Shown one piece after another: positions 22,796 to 30,767 of a stretch of DNA of 64,000 nt. The position numbers and the translations under genes were made by a program. Within the stretch, counting starts at the first letter, position 1, and every line of letters starts with the position of its first letter. The notes under the pieces are model-generated. The model was not told the DNA's origin and did not search any database. It saw nothing but the letters and a program-made list of their open reading frames with translations. Source of the stretch: Marinicella sp. (GTDB lineage: Bacteria > Pseudomonadota > Gammaproteobacteria > Xanthomonadales > Marinicellaceae). Location: the NCBI GenBank assembly GCA_965230295.1, contig OZ246001.1, forward strand, positions 960,001 through 1,024,000. Direction: 5' to 3'.

Positions 22796-23415
22796 ACGCA
22801 TTGATTAACAATTTCTTAAAGAAATATTTTGTTCTATTAACATTACTATTGATAAGCTCAGTAAATGCAGAAGTTGCTGATCTGAGCTTATCAATGGAGT
22901 TTGATGGGGAAGATTCTGGAATTGTTTACCAACAAAATGGTACTTTCAGAATAGTTGTTACCAATAATGGTCCAGAAGCAGCCGGAACCAATTCAACTTT
23001 ATCAACACCAATAACAGTCTTTAGCGGGTTCGTTGAACTTGCAGCTGATGGCACAGAAATGAACTATGGATTGGACCCCAATGTCACCCAAGAATGTGGA
23101 TTTGGTTTAATAGCAGTAGACCCAAGGCCTGGCGATCCGCCAGGATTTGTTTTTGTATTCAGAAGTCCAGTCATTCAACCTAATTCATCAATTACATGTC
23201 ATGGGATTTACTCAATCAACTTTCCACTAGGAACAAGAACATATCAGTGGAATGTAAATGGCCACATTGATGATACAGACCCTAATTCATCAAACAACAT
23301 ATTTCCAGTAACTTTTGGAGTTGCCCCTGTTCCTGTCCCTACATCTAATCACTTTGGGTTGTTGATATTATTTTTCACATTCTTGGTTTTTGGTATAACT
23401 AAGCTCAAGAGTTAA
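22792..23415 (+). CDS. Secreted DUF11-like Ig-fold protein with IPTL-CTERM-like sorting tail
   Basis: Signal peptide, ADLSL...VTNNGP...DPNSSNN, then VPVPTSNHFG followed by a hydrophobic helix and basic residues. Confidence 0.7.
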   Translation: MNALINNFLKKYFVLLTLLLISSVNAEVADLSLSMEFDGEDSGIVYQQNGTFRIVVTNNGPEAAGTNSTLSTPITVFSGFVELAADGTEMNYGLDPNVTQECGFGLIAVDPRPGDPPGFVFVFRSPVIQPNSSITCHGIYSINFPLGTRTYQWNVNGHIDDTDPNSSNNIFPVTFGVAPVPVPTSNHFGLLILFFTFLVFGITKLKS

Positions 23416-23418
23416 TAA

Positions 23419-24078
23419 TTGAATTCGATATTTATGGAAGAATATGAAAGAAAGAATCAGATTGAAATAGAAGAGTTCATCAACGGGTATTCGCTATCTG
23501 ATCTATTTAGGTATTGGAAAGGAACCCTGGATGACTTTGGCATCAACTCACAAAACATGTTTACCGACATCAATTTATCGGACCCTTCATTGGTGGGCAG
23601 GTCACCTGCCTATTCATGGTGGTTTAAAAATGAGCTTTCTATTCAAATCAAAAAATTTAGGGACCACATCAAAACTTGGCCATCAACTAGGGGCCCTATA
23701 TATCCAGAGGAATTCAGAAAAGGTGAGTTAGAAACTTTGGGTTATTTATGGATTCTGAGGAATAACAATTTTAAAGTCTTTGCTTTATTATTGTGCTGTT
23801 CATTGTTCCCCAAAGTAAAATCATCTAGAACACATTACCCTAGAGAAGAATGGCCACCATTTTATTGCGTCGATGCACTTTATCAAATGGCTGAAAAAGA
23901 ATGGCGAAATGGACAAGGCCTATTTTCATGGCATTATTCTTGCACAAATGTGATTCCTACTGAATTGTCAGATCGTCATTTTAAAATCGATTCAGTCGTT
24001 GGAATTGTCAAGTTTGCAGCCATTGAGCATGCACAACTTTTATCAAAATATCAGCCTGTTCGTCTTATCTTTGATTAG
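23419..24078 (+). CDS. Hypothetical protein (transposon cargo)
   Basis: 219-codon AT-rich ORF with no recognised motif. Confidence 0.6.
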   Translation: MNSIFMEEYERKNQIEIEEFINGYSLSDLFRYWKGTLDDFGINSQNMFTDINLSDPSLVGRSPAYSWWFKNELSIQIKKFRDHIKTWPSTRGPIYPEEFRKGELETLGYLWILRNNNFKVFALLLCCSLFPKVKSSRTHYPREEWPPFYCVDALYQMAEKEWRNGQGLFSWHYSCTNVIPTELSDRHFKIDSVVGIVKFAAIEHAQLLSKYQPVRLIFD

Positions 24079-24108
24079 ACATGAAGGAATTATCATGAGT
24101 AGCATTGA

Positions 24109-24813
24109 ATGACACAAATTCCGGCAGTTTTTCAAGCTAAAGGTTTTTTGATGCTATTATGTGATGCCAGTTTTCAATTACGACAGGCAGTAAAAGAGAA
24201 AGATTCTTATTCAAACAACAGATACGCCAGAGCTTCAATTATCGCATCAGTGCTTTCAATTGAATCCTGTGCTAACTCACTATTAACTAGCTTAGAACTT
24301 CCAAAAAAATTTCTACAGGAATTAGATAAATTACCAGCAATTGGGAAACTTGAAACTTATTTAAGGATTGAAAACAAAAAAAACATTGATAGAGGAAAAA
24401 GTGAAACACAAAAAGTTATAGAGTTAATAAAACTGAGAAATGACTTTGTTCATCCAAAAATCAAAAAAATTGAAAGCACTATTTCTCCACTCACCGAAGA
24501 TGGAGAATTTTTATCACTACCTTTTTCAATGATGCCAGATAAATGGCCTGCATTAAACATTCCAAAACACAGCATGTTTTGGTCTTCAGATACAGCCAAA
24601 ATTGCTGTTCAAGCTTTATTAGAGTTTTATGAGTATCTATTTACTGAGCTGTTAGAAATGAATAATAAAGAAATTGAAATACATTTTTTTGATTCTCTAC
24701 AAATTGGAGATACGGATATTCTGTTTTGCTTTGATGAAGTCAGGGATGAGTTAAACAGTTTGAAAAACTATGGATTTTCAATAGGTTTTATTGAGAACAG
24801 CTTGCCCAACTAA
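24109..24813 (+). CDS. Hypothetical protein with HEPN-like R-x4-H motif
   Basis: Helical pattern ASIIASVLSIESCANSLL and KLRNDFVHPK. Ends directly against the transposon end. Confidence 0.6.
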   Translation: MTQIPAVFQAKGFLMLLCDASFQLRQAVKEKDSYSNNRYARASIIASVLSIESCANSLLTSLELPKKFLQELDKLPAIGKLETYLRIENKKNIDRGKSETQKVIELIKLRNDFVHPKIKKIESTISPLTEDGEFLSLPFSMMPDKWPALNIPKHSMFWSSDTAKIAVQALLEFYEYLFTELLEMNNKEIEIHFFDSLQIGDTDILFCFDEVRDELNSLKNYGFSIGFIENSLPN

Positions 24814-24880
24814 TCCTTAGTACAAATTACCACTGTACAAACAGCATCCAGTACAAAATAACTTTGGAATTAACATCTAA

Positions 24881-24940
24881 TGTCAATTCCAAAGTTAAGT
24901 TGAAGCGGTTGCTGTTTTTGCACAGTTAAATTGTACTGAC
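24881..24940 (+). mobile_element. Second Tn7-like transposon end directly after the TCTAA duplication (partner end not found)
   Basis: TGTCAATTCCAAAGTTAAGTTG...GTTAAATTGTACTG closely resembles the inverted 24820-24875 end. Confidence 0.7.
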
Positions 24941-25099
24941 AATGTTTTGAGGTATTTAATAGAAATTGAATATCTGTGTTATTTGGCCTTCTGCATCTAT
25001 TCTACAGCTTCTTCTTTTGATTGAATGAATGGAATGATTTAAAGCCAAGAAGCCACAATTTTATTGCTGATCATTTTGAACTCACCAAGGAAAGCTGCT

Positions 25100-25560
25100 G
25101 AGCAGCTTGACCCGCCGAGCCGGTTAGGCAAATCATGCAATCATGGCGGTTTGACGAAGTCAATAAGCCTTGATGTAATGATTGATTAGCCGTGAGCTTT
25201 TGATGCTGCGGCCGCTATCGCTCCTTGCTATCGCGGCAGACCTACATCCATGTAGGCCAATCAGAGGCGCAGAGCGCGAGGAAGCATGTCATGTTCGCCT
25301 CGGCAGCTACCGCATCGATCCCCAGGACGGGGTGAATGCAGAGAATTGTTGGGAACAATTCCTGCCTGCTATCGCTGCATACTTACATCCATGTAAGCAG
25401 TCGCTTTCACTTTTGTCTGGAACAGACATGCAGTGCGAAGCAACTGCTCAGACAATAGTCTGTAAAGGTCGGTTTATTTGCGCAGCAAATATGAAGACCT
25501 GTCAGACCATGAACCAGAATGAAGCCCCAAGAACATTCCTTTGTAAACGAATCAAAAAAG
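25100..25560. repeat. GC-richer multi-hairpin composite repeat/MITE-like element
   Basis: 32-bp direct repeat at 25226-25257 and 25367-25398. Hairpins CCTACATCCATGTAGG, CTTACATCCATGTAAG, GAATTGTTGGGAACAATTC and CAGACAATAGTCTG. Shares blocks with 42411-42470. Confidence 0.6.
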
Positions 25561-25597
25561 TATTGTGTTGGCTTTTTTGATTCGTTAGAACCAACTA

Positions 25598-26278
25598 TCA
25601 ATTCGACTTGGTTCTTAATTTGTATAGCAAAGCCAAAGCAAATCCTGAAAGTATCAGTAAAATGGCAAACACTGGCATTAAAAATGACAGTGGCAACCCG
25701 ACAACTATCAACCCCAGCCCGATTGCTAATAAATTAAAAGCTTGTTTGTTTGGTACCAAAACCCCTATTTTCTTTGATATCAGTTCATCAATACTGAGTT
25801 TTCCGGCTCCGGAAAATACCAATGGAAATAACATTAAAATATACAATAAAGGCAGTTTAAAGTTTCCATATCCTTTATCTGAAATTGCATACCCTTGCCA
25901 GAGGTTTGATAGTGATGACCAGTCAGTTGGCCAATGAACAGCAGCAGTGGCAACTGCTGTAATTACAAGTAAGGACATTGCTGCAAGGCGTGTAAAGATG
26001 CCAACCAGAATCAATATTGAAAAAATGATTTCACCCCAGGTTGCCATAAACCATGACACATCTGTCGGAATTATGTTGAATGGAAATGGAAAACTGTCTT
26101 TGATTGAGCCAAACCAATTACTGCCATTTAATTTAGTCATTCCTGATTCCCAAAACTCCCAAAATAATATCAATCTTAAAAACAGTGCCGGTAACCATTG
26201 AGCCCCAGCATTCAATTGTGCAACTGTACTTAGCGTATTCGATAAAACTTTATTTTTTACAGACATTATGCCCTCCAT
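25598..26278 (-). CDS. DoxX family membrane protein (HvfX-like)
   Basis: LRLILFWEFWESGMTK, FPFPF, AAVHW, GNFKLPL and GAGKLSID. Confidence 0.8.
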   Translation of the reverse strand: MEGIMSVKNKVLSNTLSTVAQLNAGAQWLPALFLRLILFWEFWESGMTKLNGSNWFGSIKDSFPFPFNIIPTDVSWFMATWGEIIFSILILVGIFTRLAAMSLLVITAVATAAVHWPTDWSSLSNLWQGYAISDKGYGNFKLPLLYILMLFPLVFSGAGKLSIDELISKKIGVLVPNKQAFNLLAIGLGLIVVGLPLSFLMPVFAILLILSGFALALLYKLRTKSN

Positions 26279-26343
26279 TTTTTTTTGATTGGTAAAAGCA
26301 ACAAAATGAAGGACATCTTCACTTTGTTGCTCATTGGATTGAT

Positions 26344-26799
26344 TTATAAACTTGATGCGGGTTTGTTTTTAATTTTCTTCCAGTGCTTATCAGCTTTTTT
26401 GATGTTTCCCGGGATGTCTTTAACCCATGTTGATTTGATACCGTTATCTAAATTAAAGTATAGTTTTCCATCAACCACTTCCCATACATTAGGATCACCA
26501 ATGAATTTCTTTCCAACTGATGCGCCAAATGCACAGAAACCACCATATTGAGGCAAATACTTTTCGGGATTTTTATTAAAGGTATCTAAGTTATCTTGAT
26601 TGGCGAAGATATAGTTAACTTGATCTATACTGGCCACAAAATTACCATTTCCAGGTATGGGCTTCTTGTCGGTTTGGTATGAAACCAAATCATAGCCTCC
26701 AGCCCCAACTGTACTGTTGCTAACAAAATCTGCGGATGCATTTAAAGTAAACATAATTAATAAAGTGCCAATTAGTTGTAGTGTTTTAATGTTTTTCAT
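26344..26799 (-). CDS. Secreted YHS domain-containing (seleno)protein family member, Cys form
   Basis: Signal peptide, GYDLVSY, PEKYLPQYGGFCAFG, VDGKLYFN and IKKADKHW. Confidence 0.85.
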   Translation of the reverse strand: MKNIKTLQLIGTLLIMFTLNASADFVSNSTVGAGGYDLVSYQTDKKPIPGNGNFVASIDQVNYIFANQDNLDTFNKNPEKYLPQYGGFCAFGASVGKKFIGDPNVWEVVDGKLYFNLDNGIKSTWVKDIPGNIKKADKHWKKIKNKPASSL

Positions 26800-26845
26800 G
26801 TTTTTTCTCTGGTTGTATTTAAGTTAATAAAATTAAAAAGTGATA

Positions 26846-27385
26846 TTAGGCGGCTATGGTATTAACGACAGGAAAATCAATTTCTGTCCCGGCCAAATGA
26901 TTGAAGTAGTTGGTGAAGATATTCAAGCCAACGTGAGCAATGATTTCTACCAATTCTGCATCGGTAACTCCGATTTGACGCAACGACTCCGTTGCTGAAG
27001 GATTCAAAACACCTTTATTAACAACTATTTCTTTGACATATTGAAGAATGGCAGCTGTTTTTTGATTTTGAGATTGACCTGTTAGGTTTAACTGGATTTC
27101 TTGTTCATCAAGGCCAGTTTTTTTGGCAATAAAAGAGTGCGCGGATGCACAGTAATCACAATTATTTACCCCACCCACCGTTAATGCTATTTGTTCTCTT
27201 AATGATGGACTCAAGTGGCCTGATGACAATGATCCGCTGAACGCAAGATACCCCTCTAAAGCCTGTACTGAATTGGCCATTGTGGAAAAAATGTTTGGGA
27301 CCACGCCCATTTGTGCTTTTATCGAGTCGAGCACATCTTTCGCTTGGCCTGATTGATCTTTATTGACTGGTTGAATGTTTTGCAT
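26846..27385 (-). CDS. AhpD-like peroxidase / carboxymuconolactone decarboxylase family
   Basis: GVVPNIF, REQIAL and NNCDYCASAH (CxxC..H), plus TNYFNH...IDFP. Confidence 0.88.
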   Translation of the reverse strand: MQNIQPVNKDQSGQAKDVLDSIKAQMGVVPNIFSTMANSVQALEGYLAFSGSLSSGHLSPSLREQIALTVGGVNNCDYCASAHSFIAKKTGLDEQEIQLNLTGQSQNQKTAAILQYVKEIVVNKGVLNPSATESLRQIGVTDAELVEIIAHVGLNIFTNYFNHLAGTEIDFPVVNTIAA

Positions 27386-27412
27386 GTTGTTTCTCCTGGT
27401 TAATAACTAAAA

Positions 27413-27560
27413 GTATACCGATCTGTATACGTTGAAGCATATAGTATACAGATCGGTATACACTGTCAAGCATTAATTTTTTTGATTTATTAAAATAAAG
27501 GTGATTTGCATCAATATATGAAAGAGTGTATGATGAGAAAAAGTAAACATATCGGTATAT
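27413..27560. promoter_or_regulatory. Three palindromic operator boxes for the divergent TetR regulator
   Basis: GTATACCGATCTGTATAC (27413-27430), GTATACAGATCGGTATAC (27444-27461) and GTAAACATATCGGTATAT (27543-27560). Confidence 0.75.
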
Positions 27561-27563
27561 TAA

Positions 27564-28121
27564 ATGTCAATAAAGAGGCAACAACTCATCGACACAGCCA
27601 TTAAGTTATTTAACGAACATGGATTTCATGGAGTAGGCATCGACTGGATTGCAAGAGATGCTGGTGTTACAAAAAAAACCATGTACCACCATTTTCATTC
27701 TAAAGATGAGTTGATACTGGCGGCCTTACATCACCATGATGGCCTTTTCAGAAATGAATTCATGAATGGTGTCAAAAACAATTTTGAAACACCTTACGAT
27801 AGGCTTTTAGGAATTTTTGATGCAGCACATGTATGGTTTTCTGATCATAAGTTTTACGGTTGCATGTTCATTAATGCAATTGGCGAGTATTCCGAATCAG
27901 CTTCCCCCATACGGAGTGTTTGTAAAGAGTTTAAAAAACAGATGCGCCAATTTATTGTGTTGTTAGCTAAAGATGCTGGGGTAAAAGACCCAGAAACCTT
28001 GGCAAATACTTTGGCAATTCTCTTAGAGGGTTCTATTGTTACAGCCCAGGTTTCAGAAAATCCGAATGCAGCAATTGATGCAAAACAAGCTGCCAAAGTA
28101 TTGGTCGATAATGCTTTGTAA
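27564..28121 (+). CDS. TetR/AcrR family transcriptional regulator
   Basis: N-terminal HTH GFHGVGIDWIARDAGVTKKTMYHHFHSKDEL, and GCMFINA. Confidence 0.92.
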   Translation: MSIKRQQLIDTAIKLFNEHGFHGVGIDWIARDAGVTKKTMYHHFHSKDELILAALHHHDGLFRNEFMNGVKNNFETPYDRLLGIFDAAHVWFSDHKFYGCMFINAIGEYSESASPIRSVCKEFKKQMRQFIVLLAKDAGVKDPETLANTLAILLEGSIVTAQVSENPNAAIDAKQAAKVLVDNAL

Positions 28122-28219
28122 AGGTTAATAATCATTCAACTTCATTAACAATTCATAAAAACCCATTCATCATCAGTTTCTGAACGCCTTAGAATTCCGA
28201 TCAGTGCTCGGCTTTATTG

Positions 28220-28520
28220 ATGAAGCACCTTATTCTATTTTTTTGTAATTAATGGATTACCGTTCAATTGAATTTTTAAATCTAATAAGTTTTGTCTAGA
28301 GCGCCTCTGCGGCTTGAATTGAATTTGCTTCCGGTTTTTTATAGAGTATCTGGGCATTGGCCATTTCTAACAACTTTAAATTGGTAGTTAATCATTGATT
28401 AACCTGGTTGATGGCTTGCTTCAATGTCACCACTTCTCATTGAAATTTTTGCAAAACTTCCGTCAATTCAGCAGGTATGGTGGTGTTGGGTAATCTTTTG
28501 ACTTCAAAATAAAGTACTGT
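28220..28520 (-). pseudogene. Degraded gene remnant with multiple stops (coiled-coil segment)
   Basis: The minus strand reads FEVKRLPNTTIPAELTEVLQKFQ*EVVTLKQAINQVNQ*LTTNLKLLEMANAQ..., protein-like but with stops. It resembles from memory the C-terminal part of BNR/VPS10-type glycosyl hydrolases. Confidence 0.4.
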
Positions 28521-28614
28521 TTTGATTCTCAATCAGTATTGAAAGAGTGATCAGTTCTTCTGGCTGGTTTTTTAGGGCTGTATTGCCTATGATAACCCCT
28601 CTAACAAATAAAGT

Positions 28615-30657
28615 ATGAGGTATGACTTGAGGCTTGAATCAACATTTATCCAATTACCATGTCTGTTTGATCAATCAAAGTTACAGCAGGATATTTCAGC
28701 ACTTCCCAATGAAGCCTGGCGAAGTCACCCTCAAGGGTTTGCGGGCAATTCAGCGGTTTCCCTGATAGCCCGTCATGGTGATGCCAATGATGACCGCACA
28801 TATGGATCCATGCAAGCAACACAATGGCTGGATCAATTGCCATACATCAAAGCCGTGATGGCTTACTTTAAAACACCATTGGGCCGTTCTCGCTTGATGC
28901 GCATCGAAGGCGATGCCCAAGTTCCCAGCCACACAGACCTTGACTACTACTGGCAAGGACGCATGCGACTTCATGTGCCCATCATCACCAATCCGAGTGT
29001 ACGTTTTGAGTGTGGTGATGACGCTGTACATATGTCGGCAGGTGAAGCCTGGGTGTTTGACACCACCGAATTACACCGTGTTCTCAATGAAGAAGGTGGA
29101 GAACGCATTCACTTGGTTTTTGATACTGTGGGCAGTGCTCATTTATATGATTTGATCTCAAAATTTCCATCTCCAACGATTGAATCACTTGATCAGACAC
29201 CCTTATCCATCGAAAAGACTGATTTGTTGTTCGAATCTCACAACAGGCCTCAGGTCATGAGCCCATATGAGCAGCAAGTCATTATGAATGAATTTTTGGG
29301 TTTATTAACCACCGAACATGACCCCAATGTGGTTGAATCAATAGCCACAGCATTCAAACCCGTCATGCATGACTGGCGAGCTGCGTGGGCTCAGTATGGG
29401 ACCAACCCATCCGGTCACAACACTTTCATTGAATTACAAAAACGTTTGGCTCAGATCGCAACGAATTGTGGAGCAAATAGAACTTTAAGGAATTCTGCGA
29501 TCGAGTTGTGGTTGCAGCATTGGTTGGTTGATCCGGCTGTGGATGTGGATGAAACCAAGAACACATCCAGGGGACACCAAACACCCAAATCAAACCAGGT
29601 CGAGCAGGCACAGATGTCATTTGACAGTCAATATACTGATAGTTTGCCTGGTTTGATTGCGCATCTGAATGGCACTTTGGTAGCCACCACCTACGCCAGT
29701 AATCGGGTGGTCTTGATGCGTTCTGATGGTCATGATCTGAACACCCATTTCAAAGACTATACTGGCCCGATGGGGCTGGCTTATGATGACAATCATATGG
29801 CTTTGGGGGTACAAAATGCCATCTGGATTTTTCGATCACAACCCGACCTTGGCGCCGCACTACAGCCCAATTGCGATGCGGTTTATGTACCCTTCAAACA
29901 GCACATGACCGGAGACATTCGGATTCATGAGCTGGGTTGGTCAGACAATGAACTGTGGCTGGTCAACACCCGATTTTCTTGTTTGGCCACCCTGGATGAG
30001 GATCACAGCTTCAAACCTCGTTGGCACCCTAAGTTTATCAAAGACTTGAGTGCTGAAGACGCTTGTCACCTCAACGGGATGGCCATGCGTGATGGTAAGC
30101 CTGCATGGGTCACTGCCTTGGGCATCAGTGATCAACCTGGTGGTTGGCGAGCGCATAAACTGCAAGGCGGTGTGGTCATAGATGTGGCCAGTGGTGAAGT
30201 GGCCACTGACGGTTTATGCATGCCACATTCACCAAGATGGCATGGCAACAATTTGTGGGTACTTGATTCTGGACGTGGTGAATTGTGTCAAGTCAACCCA
30301 CAAAACGGACAGCGCGAAACAGTTGCTAAATTTCCCGGCTTCACACGAGGTTTGGCGATGATAGATCGCTATGCATTTGTTGGATGTTCTCGAGTGAGAG
30401 AGAAAGCATGGTTTGGCGGTTTACCCATTCTGGATCAAGACAAACCACCTGAGTGCGGCGTGTGGGTTGTGGATTTGGTTACTGGTCAAATCATTGGTTG
30501 GATAGTTTTTGCAAATGGTCTTGATGAAATATTTGATTTGCAATGGTTGCCTGGCCAACGGTGGCCAGACATTCTGGAACCGGATGAACCGACAGCCAGA
30601 AATGGCTTCAGCTTACCTGCCGAAAAAATCAACCATTTTAACCCTGGCAAAACTTAA
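28615..30657 (+). CDS. Fusion of Asp/Asn beta-hydroxylase-like 2OG-Fe(II) oxygenase and TIGR03032/DUF4915 domain
   Basis: N-terminal RSRLM, HTD (HxD), RLHVPIITNP, HRVLN and RIHLVFD. C-terminal TGDIRIHE, VNTRFSCLA, EDACHLNGMA, MPHSPRW and PGFTRGL. Confidence 0.85.
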   Translation: MRYDLRLESTFIQLPCLFDQSKLQQDISALPNEAWRSHPQGFAGNSAVSLIARHGDANDDRTYGSMQATQWLDQLPYIKAVMAYFKTPLGRSRLMRIEGDAQVPSHTDLDYYWQGRMRLHVPIITNPSVRFECGDDAVHMSAGEAWVFDTTELHRVLNEEGGERIHLVFDTVGSAHLYDLISKFPSPTIESLDQTPLSIEKTDLLFESHNRPQVMSPYEQQVIMNEFLGLLTTEHDPNVVESIATAFKPVMHDWRAAWAQYGTNPSGHNTFIELQKRLAQIATNCGANRTLRNSAIELWLQHWLVDPAVDVDETKNTSRGHQTPKSNQVEQAQMSFDSQYTDSLPGLIAHLNGTLVATTYASNRVVLMRSDGHDLNTHFKDYTGPMGLAYDDNHMALGVQNAIWIFRSQPDLGAALQPNCDAVYVPFKQHMTGDIRIHELGWSDNELWLVNTRFSCLATLDEDHSFKPRWHPKFIKDLSAEDACHLNGMAMRDGKPAWVTALGISDQPGGWRAHKLQGGVVIDVASGEVATDGLCMPHSPRWHGNNLWVLDSGRGELCQVNPQNGQRETVAKFPGFTRGLAMIDRYAFVGCSRVREKAWFGGLPILDQDKPPECGVWVVDLVTGQIIGWIVFANGLDEIFDLQWLPGQRWPDILEPDEPTARNGFSLPAEKINHFNPGKT

Positions 30658-30723
30658 CCCCTCTTAAAGGAAGTGACATCGCACAGACCTGACTTTGGAT
30701 AGTTTGCCAACCTCACAGACACA

Positions 30724-30755
30724 ACCCAACCCTTCGGACCAGTGAAGGGTTGGGT
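30724..30755. terminator. Hairpin between convergent genes (probable bidirectional terminator)
   Basis: ACCCAACCCTTC-N8-GAAGGGTTGGGT, a perfect 12-bp stem. Confidence 0.65.
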
Positions 30756-30767
30756 TTGCTGCCATAC

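Larger units (their letters stand above)
20651..24875. mobile_element. Defective Tn7-like transposon inserted at the lipA stop codon
   Basis: Left end TGTGGATTCCAAAGATAAATTGGACTG versus right end (reverse complement) TGTTAATTCCAAAGTTATTTTGTACTG, 21/27 identical. Flanked by the direct repeat TCTAA (20646-20650 and 24876-24880). Contains a tnsA fragment and AT-rich cargo. Confidence 0.88.

Noticed and set aside
25182-25580. 132-aa ORF
   Set aside because: It lies over the hairpin-rich repeat element, has a weak TTG start and no protein-like motifs.
26344-26799. YHS protein as an actual selenoprotein
   Set aside because: The motif position is a normal Cys (GGFC) with no in-frame TGA.
28281-28285. 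TCTAA as the distal target duplication of the second transposon
   Set aside because: It is not preceded by ACA or by a CTTTGGAAT/CAGTACAA end motif, and a 5-mer is expected by chance in AT-rich DNA.
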